Shown here one piece after another: positions 1 through 9,101 of a stretch of DNA of 64,000 nt. The stretch is from Mycobacteriales bacterium. Its GTDB lineage: Bacteria > Actinomycetota > Actinomycetes > JAFAQI01. Location: the NCBI GenBank assembly GCA_035547515.1, contig DASZUS010000008.1, forward strand, positions 28,257 through 92,256, given 5' to 3'. Each line of letters begins with the position of its first letter. The first letter of the stretch is position 1. Position numbers and translations under genes: made by a program. The notes beneath the pieces were generated by a model, which was not told the DNA's origin, made no database searches, and saw only the letters and a list, made by a program, of their open reading frames with translations.

Positions 1-1
1 A

Positions 2-454
2 GCCGGAGCAGTCGTCGTCGGGCCGTCGCAGCGCTGCGGGATCGGGCCGCTGGTCAGCGGCAGCGACGGCAGCGCCGCCGGGTTGATCGGCATGACCGAC
101 CGGCGTCACATCCGCCTCGATGGCCCTGCGGTGTTCCGGTGGGCCACCACGTCGCTCAATGCCACCGCCCGTGACATCTGCGCCGCGGCCGGGGTGGCGC
201 CCGAGGACCTGGCGGCGGTCGTGCTCCACCAGGCCAACCTGCGGATCGTCGACGCGATCGCAGGGTCCCTCGACGCCCCGAACGCGGTCGTCGCGACCGA
301 CATCGTCGACACCGGCAACACCTCCGCCGCCTCGGTGCCGCTCGCGCTGGCCCGACTCCGGCGTGAGGGCCGCATCCCCAGCGGGGGCCTGGCTTTGACC
401 TTGGCGTTCGGCGCGGGCCTGACCTGGGCCGGCTGCGTCATCGAAGTCCCCTGA
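2..454 (+). CDS. fabH: 3-oxoacyl-ACP synthase III (KAS III), C-terminal part; 5' end lies outside the window
   Basis: The frame stays open to the window edge. The translation GAGAVVVGPS...VLHQANLRIVDAIAGSL...DTGNTSAASVPLAL...FGAGLTWAG carries the HQAN and GNTSAAS motifs typical of FabH. The gene lies directly upstream of acpP-kasA. Confidence 0.85.
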   Translation, partial: AGAVVVGPSQRCGIGPLVSGSDGSAAGLIGMTDRRHIRLDGPAVFRWATTSLNATARDICAAAGVAPEDLAAVVLHQANLRIVDAIAGSLDAPNAVVATDIVDTGNTSAASVPLALARLRREGRIPSGGLALTLAFGAGLTWAGCVIEVP

Positions 455-497
455 CCCAGTTCCTGATCACCCGATCCAGCAGACCAGAGGAGAGACC

Positions 498-743
498 ATG
501 TCCGACCAGCTGATCGCCGACCTCGGCGAGATCGTGCAAGAGGCGACCGGGATCCCGGCCTCCCGCGTCGTACCCGGAGTCTCGTTCCGGGACGACCTCG
601 ACATCGACTCGCTGTCGATGGTCGAGATCGCCACCATGGCCGAGGACAAGTTCGGCGTCTCGATCCCCGACGCCGAGCTTGCCGAGCTCAAGACCGTCGA
701 CGACGTCGTGGCGTTCCTGGGCAAGGCGGGCGTCCCCGCGTGA
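498..743 (+). CDS. acpP: acyl carrier protein (AcpM/AcpP type)
   Basis: 81 aa, acidic, with the phosphopantetheine attachment motif LDIDSLSMVEI. It sits between fabH and kasA. Confidence 0.9.
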   Translation: MSDQLIADLGEIVQEATGIPASRVVPGVSFRDDLDIDSLSMVEIATMAEDKFGVSIPDAELAELKTVDDVVAFLGKAGVPA

Positions 744-1981
744 CGGGTACGCCTGCTCGCTCTGTCCTCGTGACCGGGCTCGGCGCGACGACGCCGCTGG
801 GCGGTGACATGCCCGCGACCTGGCGTGCGCTGCTCGATGGCCAGTCCGGCGCCTCGGTGCTGGCAGACGAGTGGGCGGCGGACCTGCCGGTGAGGCTCGC
901 GGCGCGCGCCGCGCACGACCCCGCGGACCTGCTGCCCGCGCCGCGGATGCGCAGTCTCGACCGCAGCCAGCAGTTTGCGATGATCGCGGGGCTCGAGGCG
1001 TGGCGGGACGCCGGTGCTCCTGAGGTGGATCCCGAGCGGCTCGCCGTCGTGGTGTCCAGCGGGATCGGCGGCGTCACCACGCTGCTCGACCAGTACGACG
1101 TGCTGCGCTCGAGCGGCGCACGGCGGGTCTCGCCGTTCACCGTGCCGATGATCATGCCCAACGGACCGGCGGCGACGCTCGCCCTGGAGCTGTCGGCCCG
1201 GGCCGGCGCGCACTCGCCGGTGTCGGCCTGCGCCTCCGGTGCCGAGGCGATCGGCTACGGGCTGCAGATGATCCGTGATGGCCGGGCCGACGTCGTCGTG
1301 TGCGGAGGCGCGGAAGCGGCGATCCACCCGCTTCCGCTGGCCGCCTTCGCGGCGATGCGCGCGCTGTCCTCGCGCCACGAGGAGCCGAAGGCGGCATCGC
1401 GGCCGTTCGACAAGCAACGCGACGGGTTCGTGCTCGCGGAGGGCGCGGCGGTGATCGTGCTGGAGGCGGCGGAGCATGCTCGGGCCCGCGGCGCGTCGAC
1501 ATACGCCGTCCTCGCGGGGGCTGGGATGGCGAACGACGCGCACCATGTGGCGGCACCGGAGCCCGAGGGCCGTGGGGCCGCGGCGGCGATCGCGGCAGCG
1601 GTCGAAGACGCCGGCATCAGCTTCGGCGACATCGCGCACATCAATGCGCATGCCACCTCCACCCCGGCCGGCGACGTCGCGGAGGCCGCCGCGATCCGGC
1701 GCGCCTTCGAAGGCCACGCCGACCGGATCGCCGTGACCTCGACAAAGTCGTGCACCGGCCACCTGCTCGGTGCTGCCGGCGCCCTCGAAGCGGCGATCAC
1801 CTGCCTAACGCTTCGTGACCGCGTTGTCCCGGCGACGGCCAACCTCGACGATCCCGACGACGCGGTCCAGCTCGACCTGGTCCGCATGTCGCCGCGGGAC
1901 CTGGCGCCGGGAGGCGCGGCGCTGTCCAACTCCTTCGGCTTCGGCGGCCACGACGTCGCCCTCGTCTTCACGGAGGCCTAG
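740..1981 (+). CDS. fabF: beta-ketoacyl-ACP synthase II (KasA/FabF)
   Basis: 413 aa with an active-site Cys context (SPVSACASGAEAIG), His motifs (NAHATSTPAGD, KSCTGHLLGAAG) and a C-terminal NSFGFGGHD. The GTG start overlaps the acpP stop (GTGA). Confidence 0.9.
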   Translation: MTGTPARSVLVTGLGATTPLGGDMPATWRALLDGQSGASVLADEWAADLPVRLAARAAHDPADLLPAPRMRSLDRSQQFAMIAGLEAWRDAGAPEVDPERLAVVVSSGIGGVTTLLDQYDVLRSSGARRVSPFTVPMIMPNGPAATLALELSARAGAHSPVSACASGAEAIGYGLQMIRDGRADVVVCGGAEAAIHPLPLAAFAAMRALSSRHEEPKAASRPFDKQRDGFVLAEGAAVIVLEAAEHARARGASTYAVLAGAGMANDAHHVAAPEPEGRGAAAAIAAAVEDAGISFGDIAHINAHATSTPAGDVAEAAAIRRAFEGHADRIAVTSTKSCTGHLLGAAGALEAAITCLTLRDRVVPATANLDDPDDAVQLDLVRMSPRDLAPGGAALSNSFGFGGHDVALVFTEA

Positions 1982-1984
1982 CCG

Positions 1985-3397
1985 ATGACGACGCTCGACC
2001 TGCCGCGCCAGCAGACCGGCGACCGCGCCCTCGAGAGCTCCCGCGACCCGCGTGCGCGGCTGTCGCTGCTCCTCGAGGACTGTGTCGTGCTGCCCGGCGA
2101 CCCCGGCTGCGGCGTGGTCGCGGGCGTCGGTGCGATCGAGAGCCGTCCCGCCGTCGCGTTTGCCAACGACCCGGCGATCCAGGGCGGGGCGATGGGTGCG
2201 GCCGGGTGTGAGGTGATCGTCGAGGCCTATCGCATCGCGCTCGAGCGCGGCGCGCCGATCGTCGGCATCTGGCAGTCGGGGGGCGCCCGGCTGGCCGAGG
2301 GAGTCGCTTCCCTCGACGGCGTCGGGCGGGTGTTCACCGCGATGACCTGCGCCTCCGGCCGCGTGCCGCAGGTCTCCGTCGTACTCGGGCCTGCCGCCGG
2401 GGGCGCGGCCTACGGGCCGGCGCTGACCGATGTCGTCGTGCTCGGCCCCGCCGGGCGGGTCTTCGTCACCGGCCCTGACGTCGTGCGAAGCGTCACCGGC
2501 GAGGACGTCGATATGGCCAGCCTCGGTGGCCCGGAGCCGCACAGCCGTCGCAGCGGGGTCGTGCACATCGTGGCCGAATCGGACCTGGCAGCGCTGCGCG
2601 GGGCCGCGCGGGTGGTCGCGCTGCTGGGCGATCACGAGAGCACGATCCGGCCGGTCGCCGACCGGCCAATGGCTGCGCTGCTTCCCGAGTCGCCGCGGCG
2701 GGCCTACGACGTGCACCCGCTGGTCGAGCGGCTGCTGGACGAACCCGGTGTGGAGCTGCACGCCAAGTGGGCGCCGAACATCGTCACCACCCTCGGTCGG
2801 CTCGGCGGCGGGCCGGTGGGCGTCCTCGCCAACAACCCGCTGCGGCTGGCCGGGTGCCTGGACTCGGCGAGTGCGGAGAAGGCAGCGCGGTTCGTGCGGA
2901 TGTGCGACACGTTCGGGGTGCCACTGGTGGTGCTGGTCGACGTACCCGGCTACCTGCCCGGCGTCGCCCAGGAGTGGGAAGGCGTCGTACGCCGAGGGGC
3001 GAAGCTGCTGCACGCCTTCGCCGAAGCGACCGTGCCGCGCGTGACGGTGGTGACCCGCAAGGCCTACGGCGGTGCCTACATCGCGATGAACTCGCGGTCG
3101 CTGGGCGCCACCCGGGTCTTCGCCTGGCCGGGCGCGGAGCTTGCGGTGATGGGCTCGATCGCGGCGGTTCGCGTGCTGCACCGCAGGACCATCGCAGCGG
3201 CGCCGGAGCACGAGCGGGCCGGCCTCGAGCAGGCGCTGGCGGCCGAGCACGAGATCACGTCGGGCGGCGTGGCGCGCGCGGTGTCGCTCGGACTGGTTGA
3301 CGAGGTGATCGCGGCGGACGCGACCCGCAGCGCGGTGAGCCGGACGCTGGCCGCCGAGCCGCGCCGGGCCGGCGGCCACGGCAACATCCCGCTATGA
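1985..3397 (+). CDS. acyl-CoA carboxylase carboxyltransferase beta subunit (AccD6-like)
   Basis: 470 aa. Carboxyltransferase-like motifs are present (GGARLAEGV, VVLGPAAGGAAYGPAL, VDVPGYLPG, KAYGGAYIAMN). Its position after kasA matches the mycobacterial kas-accD6 arrangement. Confidence 0.8.
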   Translation: MTTLDLPRQQTGDRALESSRDPRARLSLLLEDCVVLPGDPGCGVVAGVGAIESRPAVAFANDPAIQGGAMGAAGCEVIVEAYRIALERGAPIVGIWQSGGARLAEGVASLDGVGRVFTAMTCASGRVPQVSVVLGPAAGGAAYGPALTDVVVLGPAGRVFVTGPDVVRSVTGEDVDMASLGGPEPHSRRSGVVHIVAESDLAALRGAARVVALLGDHESTIRPVADRPMAALLPESPRRAYDVHPLVERLLDEPGVELHAKWAPNIVTTLGRLGGGPVGVLANNPLRLAGCLDSASAEKAARFVRMCDTFGVPLVVLVDVPGYLPGVAQEWEGVVRRGAKLLHAFAEATVPRVTVVTRKAYGGAYIAMNSRSLGATRVFAWPGAELAVMGSIAAVRVLHRRTIAAAPEHERAGLEQALAAEHEITSGGVARAVSLGLVDEVIAADATRSAVSRTLAAEPRRAGGHGNIPL

Positions 3398-4110
3398 CCG
3401 CGACGATCGCGCGTTCGGTGCTCGTCACCGGCGGGAACCAGGGGATCGGGCTCGGCATCGCGCAGCGGCTGGCTGCGGCGGGGCACCGCGTCGCGGTCAC
3501 CCACCACGCCTCGGCTGCCCCGCACGAGCTGCTGTGCGTCAAGTGCGACGTCACCGATCGCGAGTCGGTTGCCGAAGCGGTCGCGGCGGTGGGCGAGCAG
3601 CACGGGCCGGTCGAGGTGCTCGTCTACGCCGCCGGCATCACCCGAGACGGGCTGATGCTGCGCATGGCCGACCGCGACTGGGACGACGTGATCGAGACCG
3701 ACCTCGGCGGGGCGTGGGCGTGCTCGCGCGCGGTGCTGCCCGCGATGGCGCGGGCGCGGCATGGCCGCTTGCTGTTCGTCGGCAGCGTGGTCGGGCTGCT
3801 GGGCTCGGCGGGTCAGGCGAACTACGCCGCGGCCAAGGCCGGGATGGTCGGGCTCGCGCGCTCACTGGCTCGTGAGTACGCCGGCCGCGGCATCACCGCC
3901 AACGTGCTCGCTCCCGGCTTCGTCGAGACCGCGATGACCGCATCGCTGAGCGCGGCGCAGCGGGCGGAGATCGTCGGGCGTACGCCGATGGGCCGCCCGG
4001 CGGCGGTCGAGGAGATCGCCGCGGTGGCGGCGTTCCTCGTCTCCGACGAGGCCTCCTACGTCACCGGTGCGGTCGTGCCGGTCGACGGCGGCCTCGGGAT
4101 GGGGCACTGA
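3394..4110 (+). CDS. fabG: 3-oxoacyl-ACP reductase (MabA/FabG1-like SDR)
   Basis: 238 aa. It aligns nearly collinearly with M. tuberculosis MabA as recalled from memory (SVLVTGGNxGIGLxIAQRLAAxGHxVAVTH, NQANYAAxKAG, PVDGGxGMGH). ATGA overlap with the upstream gene. Confidence 0.9.
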   Translation: MTATIARSVLVTGGNQGIGLGIAQRLAAAGHRVAVTHHASAAPHELLCVKCDVTDRESVAEAVAAVGEQHGPVEVLVYAAGITRDGLMLRMADRDWDDVIETDLGGAWACSRAVLPAMARARHGRLLFVGSVVGLLGSAGQANYAAAKAGMVGLARSLAREYAGRGITANVLAPGFVETAMTASLSAAQRAEIVGRTPMGRPAAVEEIAAVAAFLVSDEASYVTGAVVPVDGGLGMGH

Positions 4111-4880
4111 TGGCGGGGTTGCTCGCGGGCAAGACCGTCCTCGTCACCGGCGTGCTCACCGAGGCCTCGATCGCCTATCGGGTGGCCGAGGCGGCGCAAG
4201 ACGAGGGCGCCGCGGTCGTGCTGACCGGCGCCGGCCGCAGCAAGTCGCTCACCGAGCGGATCGCGCGGCGGCTGCCCGCGCCGGCCCCCGTCGTACCGCT
4301 GGATGTGACGGACGCGAGCGAGCTCGACAACCTCGCCGCAGCGGTCGCCGAGCACGCCGGCCAGCTCGACGGGGTGTTGCACGCGATCGGCTTCGCGCCC
4401 GCCGGCGCGCTCGGCGGGGGCTACCTGCAGACCACATGGCCGGAGGTGTCGACGGCGCTGCACGTCTCGACGTACTCGCTGGTCGCGCTGGCGCGCGCGG
4501 CGCTGCCGCTGCTCGGTCAAGGCGGGTCCATCGTCGGGCTCGACTTCGACGCCAGCCGGGCGTGGCCGGCCTACGACTGGATGGGCGTCGCGAAGGCGGG
4601 CCTGGAGTCCGCCGCGCGCTACCTTGCCCGCGATCTCGGCCCTCGAGGCATCCGGGTCAACCTGGTCGCCGCGGGCCCGCTGCGCACGATGGCGGCGAAG
4701 TCGATCCCCGGCTTCGACGGGTTCGAGCAGGTCTGGAAGGAGCGCGCGCCGCTCGGCTGGGACGTCGAGGACGCGAAGCCGGCGGCGCTGGCCTGCATCG
4801 CGCTGCTGTCGGACCTGTTCCCAGCGACCACCGGATCTGTGGTCCACGTCGACGGCGGCGTGCACGCCGTCGGTGCCTGA
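4110..4880 (+). CDS. inhA: NADH-dependent enoyl-ACP reductase (InhA-type FabI)
   Basis: 256 aa. Strong collinear similarity to M. tuberculosis InhA from memory (GLLxGKxxLVxG, HxIGFxP, GSIVGxDFDxSRAxPAYxWMxVAKxxLES, RxNLVAAGPxRT, LLSDxxPATTG). It immediately follows mabA, as in mycobacteria. Confidence 0.9.
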   Translation: MAGLLAGKTVLVTGVLTEASIAYRVAEAAQDEGAAVVLTGAGRSKSLTERIARRLPAPAPVVPLDVTDASELDNLAAAVAEHAGQLDGVLHAIGFAPAGALGGGYLQTTWPEVSTALHVSTYSLVALARAALPLLGQGGSIVGLDFDASRAWPAYDWMGVAKAGLESAARYLARDLGPRGIRVNLVAAGPLRTMAAKSIPGFDGFEQVWKERAPLGWDVEDAKPAALACIALLSDLFPATTGSVVHVDGGVHAVGA

Positions 4881-4890
4881 CCCGGACCGG

Positions 4891-6621
4891 CTACAGCAGC
4901 TGGAATGCCTGGACTCCGGACAGCGGGGACAGCGGCGACTGGCCGACGGTTCGCTCCAGCGAAGGCGGGATCGCGAGGTTTAGCGCCTTGTACTCCAGGT
5001 CCGTCTCGTTGGTGCCGGTACCGAGATAGACCGACGAGCCGCTGACCACGGCGGTGGACGACGGTGGCCCGATCACTGGGCCGACCCACAGCGGCAAGCC
5101 GGTCTTCAGGTCGACCGCAACCACTGAGCTCGCCACCGTCAACGGCACCAGCGCGATGTCGTTCACGACCGACGCCGAGCCGTACGTCGGGGCGACTAGC
5201 CGGTCGCTCCAGAGCAGCTTCCCAGTGGTGGCATCGAAGCTGTGGATGTCCTCGAGCGCGCCAGCCAGGTTTCCGCCGTCCTTCGGCAGCGGGATCGGGA
5301 TCGCGCTGCCGCCGACGATCTGCGTGGCCACGCCTTGCGCGTTGGAAGCCACGGCCAGCGAACCGATGAAGCCGCCGACCGCGAAGTCCTCGGAGAGGTT
5401 GCCGGGCGAGCCGTCGGCGGTCTGCCACAGCGCCTTGCCGGTCCTCGCGGTCCGGGCGTAGTAGACGAGGCCCTTCGAGCCGTCACCCGCGACGAGCTGG
5501 CCGCGGCCGTCGCGGTAGAGGTTCACCGACGAGCCGAAGTCGTCGTCCTGGTAGGCGGCCTTGATGTCAGCGTCTTTGGAGCCGTGGTGCTGCGAGGGCG
5601 AGTAGCGCCACAGGAACCTCCCGGTCGCCGCGTCGACCGCCATGAGCGACTCGGACCAGTTCTGGTGGTGAGCCATCGCCGTCGGCGGGTGGTCGCAGTT
5701 GCCGACGCCGTACACGAGCAGGTCGGCGGGCCCGTCCACTGCCGGCGAGGACCACACGTCGCCGCAGCCCTGACCTTGCCCCGAGCCGGCGGTGAGCCCC
5801 GCCCGGCCGTAGTAGGTCCGGTCGGTCTCCGCGTCGTTCTTCCAGAGCGGGTCGAACGACCAGTGGCCGTCGGCGTCAGAGGTCAGCCGGAGCGCCACGA
5901 TCCCGGTGCGCCCGACGCCGGCGTCGTTGTGCACGTCGAGACCGACGTAGATCCGCTGCTGCGTGCGGGCGCCGACCTTCACCTCGGCGACGGCCGGGGA
6001 GGACTCGATCTCGACTACCGGCGGGTTCGCCGAGGCCTGCTGCTCCGTGCGCAGCTTCGGGTTGCGGGGGTCAAGGTCGATCGCCGCGAGCAGCTTGCCC
6101 GTGTCGGCGGCGAGCGCCCACAGCGTGGAGCCGCCGCCGAAGACCACGACCTCCTGGGTCTTGCCGGTGTCGCCGATCCGGAACGGCTCGACCGCCGCGC
6201 TGGAGACGATCTGCCCGAATGCCACCGGGTCGGCGCTGCGGATGTCGAACACCCACTGCTCGTGACCCGTTGTGGCGTTCAGGGAGTAGAACTTCCCGTC
6301 CCAGTCGCCGACGTAGACGCTGTTGCCGACGACGGCAGGTGACGCGGTCACCGAGTCCTTGGTGTGGAAGAACCACTTCGGGATCAGGGTGGCGACGTTC
6401 TTCGCGGAGATCGGCGAGCAGCCGGCTGGCACCGCGAAGCTGTGATCGGGGCCGTAGCCGTACTGCCGCCAGTCGGTGCTGGCGCATCCCGCCGCGCCGA
6501 CGCGTGCTGCAGGCGACGGGCGAGGTGCGGCGATTGCCGAGCTGGTCCCCACCAGCGCGACCGCCGCGGTCGCCCACAGCGCGACGCTGCGTCTCACCCT
6601 TGCCGCCCCTTCGGTTCCCAC
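4891..6621 (-). CDS. secreted PQQ-like (BamB-type) beta-propeller repeat protein
   Basis: 576 aa with an N-terminal signal-like segment (RVRRSVALWATAAVALVGTSSAIAAP). Repeated propeller blade motifs are present, such as AVVGNSVYVGDWDGKFYSLNATTGHEQW and ATTGKLLW. The start is uncertain (an alternative GTG lies at 6597). Confidence 0.6.
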   Translation of the reverse strand: MGTEGAARVRRSVALWATAAVALVGTSSAIAAPRPSPAARVGAAGCASTDWRQYGYGPDHSFAVPAGCSPISAKNVATLIPKWFFHTKDSVTASPAVVGNSVYVGDWDGKFYSLNATTGHEQWVFDIRSADPVAFGQIVSSAAVEPFRIGDTGKTQEVVVFGGGSTLWALAADTGKLLAAIDLDPRNPKLRTEQQASANPPVVEIESSPAVAEVKVGARTQQRIYVGLDVHNDAGVGRTGIVALRLTSDADGHWSFDPLWKNDAETDRTYYGRAGLTAGSGQGQGCGDVWSSPAVDGPADLLVYGVGNCDHPPTAMAHHQNWSESLMAVDAATGRFLWRYSPSQHHGSKDADIKAAYQDDDFGSSVNLYRDGRGQLVAGDGSKGLVYYARTARTGKALWQTADGSPGNLSEDFAVGGFIGSLAVASNAQGVATQIVGGSAIPIPLPKDGGNLAGALEDIHSFDATTGKLLWSDRLVAPTYGSASVVNDIALVPLTVASSVVAVDLKTGLPLWVGPVIGPPSSTAVVSGSSVYLGTGTNETDLEYKALNLAIPPSLERTVGQSPLSPLSGVQAFQLL

Positions 6622-6627
6622 CCCGGG

Positions 6628-7734
6628 ATGTCCGGCAACGACTTCGACACCGGGATACTGATCCCTGCGGTGATCAAGTACCTCGGTTCCAAGCGGGCGC
6701 TCGTGCCGGTGCTCGGCGCGCTCGCTTGCGCGGTCGAGGCGCGCACCGCCGTGGACCTGTTCACCGGCACCACGCGGGTCGCGCAGGAGCTCAAGCGCCG
6801 TGGCATCGCGGTCACGGCTGTGGACCTCGCGACGTACTCGGAGGCCCTCTCTCAGTGCTACATCGCGACCGACGGGGCGGCGGTCGACGTCAGCGCGCTG
6901 GACGAGGCGCTCGCGGAGCTGAGCCGTCTCCCGGGTCGCCGCGGTTACTTCACCGAGACCTTCTGCGAGTCGGCGCGCTTCTTCCAGCCGCGCAACGGGA
7001 TGCGGGTGGATGCGATCCGGGACGAGCTCGAGGCGTCATACGCCGGCAGCCCGCTGTTCCCGATCCTGCTGACCGCGCTGATGTTGGCAGCGGACCGGGT
7101 GGACTCGACCACCGGTGTGCAGATGGCCTATCTCAAGGAGTGGGCGCCGCGGGCGCACCGAGACCTCGAGCTGCGCCGGCCCGAGCTGATCCCGGGTTGC
7201 GGGCGTTCGATCCGCGGCGACGCATCAGCGATCGTCGGTGAGCTGCCGCGCGCGGATCTCGCCTACGTGGACCCGCCGTACAACCAGCACCGCTACTTCA
7301 CCAACTACCACGTGTGGGAGACCTTGGTCCGCTGGGATGCGCCGGCGCACTACGGCGTGGCATGCAAGCGCATCGACAGTCGAGACGATGCGACGAAGAG
7401 CGTCTTCAACCGCCGCGCCGAGATGCCGGGCGCGCTGCGCTCCGTGCTGTCGCGGCTGTCGGCGGACGTGGTGGTGGTGTCCTACAACGACGAGGCGTGG
7501 GTGGCGCCGGATGACATCGCGCGATGGCTGCTCGACGCCGGTCACGAAGATGTCGGGATGCTGGCGTTCGACAGCAGGCGGTACGTCGGTGCGCAGATCG
7601 GCATCCACGACCGCTCGGGTCGCAAGGTGGGCCAGGTCTCGCATCTGCGCAACCTCGAGCACCTGGTGATCGCCGGGCCTAACGACAAGGTCGCCGCCGC
7701 GGTCGCTGCCGCCCGCGCTACTTGTGGTGCTTGA
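6628..7734 (+). CDS. site-specific DNA N6-adenine methyltransferase (D12/Dam class), no adjacent restriction gene
   Basis: The ATG at 6628 gives 368 aa. Motifs seen: N-terminal KYLGSKR, an AdoMet motif (VDLFTGTTRV) and the catalytic DPPY (AYVDPPYNQHRYF). The 88-codon upstream extension of the ORF (6364-6627) is Arg-rich junk antisense to the neighbouring gene. Confidence 0.8.
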   Translation: MSGNDFDTGILIPAVIKYLGSKRALVPVLGALACAVEARTAVDLFTGTTRVAQELKRRGIAVTAVDLATYSEALSQCYIATDGAAVDVSALDEALAELSRLPGRRGYFTETFCESARFFQPRNGMRVDAIRDELEASYAGSPLFPILLTALMLAADRVDSTTGVQMAYLKEWAPRAHRDLELRRPELIPGCGRSIRGDASAIVGELPRADLAYVDPPYNQHRYFTNYHVWETLVRWDAPAHYGVACKRIDSRDDATKSVFNRRAEMPGALRSVLSRLSADVVVVSYNDEAWVAPDDIARWLLDAGHEDVGMLAFDSRRYVGAQIGIHDRSGRKVGQVSHLRNLEHLVIAGPNDKVAAAVAAARATCGA

Positions 7735-8956
7735 CGGGCTTCGGCTTGACGTAGGCGATCCCGAGGCCCACCGGCATCGGGCGCTCCTCGCCGTCGGCGG
7801 GATAGGTGCGCAGCTCCAGCGCCTGCTGTGAGGGGAGCTTGGCGAGCAGCTCGGTCGAGCCCGACCCGTCGACGTCCCAGGCGCGGTCGACGCCGAGCTG
7901 GGCCATCAGCCCCGACATCTGGTTCGCGTCGAGGCCATGCACGTCGGTCCCCGGGTGGTCCTCGGCCTCGGCGATGACGAACACCTTGCCGTGGTCGGCG
8001 ACGCCGTACGCCGTACGAGCCGGCTGGACCGTGTTCGCGGTGTCGCACGCCAGGTCGTTGCGGGTCTTGCCGTGGTGCTTGACCACCTCGGCGCCGACGC
8101 CGTATGCCTGCTCGAAGGGCTGCTTCGTGGTCTGCTGGACCTTCGCCGCGATGCCGGCTTTGGACCCCGCGGTCAGCCGGGACAGCCACTCCGACGCGGA
8201 CCCGCCGTCGGCCTCGAGCACGAACCCGTTCTGCGGGACGTAGGCCGCCCGGGACTCGTTGGTGCCCAGCAGGTCGCCGATCACCGCGCGGGCGTCGGAG
8301 CCCCAGGATGACGGGACCGGGCGGCTTCCCCACTTCGCGCTGTAGGCCTGCAGCCCGCCGCCGGTGACGTTGTTGATGCCGCCGATCCCGTAGGAGAGCT
8401 TGCCGTCGAACAGCTTGGCGTCCAGCCGCACGCGGCCGTGCTGAATCTTGCCCTTGGCGGTGAAGCCGAGCACACGCATGTAGTGACTTGCGATGACGAG
8501 CGGCTGGCCGTTCACGATCAGCGGCTGCGTCGGGGCGCCGGTGTTGAAGTCGAAGTACCCGGTGTTGACCGCGGCGACGAGATGTGGGTGGCCCGCCGCG
8601 AGCCGGCTCAGCGGGGAGCGGTTGGCCACTGCGTGCATCAGCGGCACGAACGACACCCCGCGCTGGTCGACGTCGATGCTGAGGACGTGCATCTTCACCA
8701 GGCCGCGACCGTTGTCGTCGGTGCGGTTGCCTTCAGTCAGGGTGATGCCGGGGGCCAGCTTGTGGGTGTGCCAGGTGGTGCCCTTCACCAGCTGCTCCGC
8801 CGACGGGCAGGGCCGGCCCCACAAGGCGGGAGCGGCGTGCGCGGACGGGACCGCTGCCAGACCGGCGGTCAGCGCGGCCACCGCCGAGCCGGCGAGGGCA
8901 CGGGTCGCGAGGCGCAGGTGCTTGTCCGACTTTCGGGGGCGAGGCTGGGCTTCCAC
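7718..8956 (-). CDS. secreted phosphodiester glycosidase family protein (NAGPA/DUF2233-like)
   Basis: 412 aa with a signal peptide (AVAALTAGLAAVPSAHAAP). A central AAVNTGYFDF and a C-terminal DVDGSGST...ELRTYPADGEERPM pattern are typical of this family. The call is from memory of the family consensus. Confidence 0.55.
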   Translation of the reverse strand: MEAQPRPRKSDKHLRLATRALAGSAVAALTAGLAAVPSAHAAPALWGRPCPSAEQLVKGTTWHTHKLAPGITLTEGNRTDDNGRGLVKMHVLSIDVDQRGVSFVPLMHAVANRSPLSRLAAGHPHLVAAVNTGYFDFNTGAPTQPLIVNGQPLVIASHYMRVLGFTAKGKIQHGRVRLDAKLFDGKLSYGIGGINNVTGGGLQAYSAKWGSRPVPSSWGSDARAVIGDLLGTNESRAAYVPQNGFVLEADGGSASEWLSRLTAGSKAGIAAKVQQTTKQPFEQAYGVGAEVVKHHGKTRNDLACDTANTVQPARTAYGVADHGKVFVIAEAEDHPGTDVHGLDANQMSGLMAQLGVDRAWDVDGSGSTELLAKLPSQQALELRTYPADGEERPMPVGLGIAYVKPKPVKHHK

Positions 8957-9101
8957 GACTTATCTATCGACAGTTACAAGCCTCCGATGTGCGCAAAGAT
9001 CAACATTGCCAGCGATTTCACTCCGATGGCGGATGGAGGAATGCCGCATTTGCGGAGGAGATCGGGCGATCCGGCACCGTCTGGTTTGCCACACTTGTCC
9101 C

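Noticed and set aside
467-3379. Long minus-strand ORFs (467-1762, 431 aa; 1805-3379, 524 aa) opposite acpP/kasA/accD6
   Set aside because: They are extremely Arg/Gly/Pro/His-rich with no motifs. They lie antisense to genes with unmistakable FAS-II motifs. These are typical high-GC shadow ORFs.
6364-6627. 88-codon N-terminal extension of the methyltransferase ORF
   Set aside because: The Arg/Cys-rich extension overlaps the start of the divergent propeller gene. The D12-class N-terminal motif KYLGSKR begins right after the ATG at 6628.
8493-9101. Upstream 200 codons of the ORF containing LysE
   Set aside because: This region is antisense to the 5' part of the glycosidase gene (8493-8956) and then runs across the intergenic gap (8957-9101). 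It has odd composition. The LysE family is about 205 aa and starts with the hydrophobic segment found at GTG 9102.
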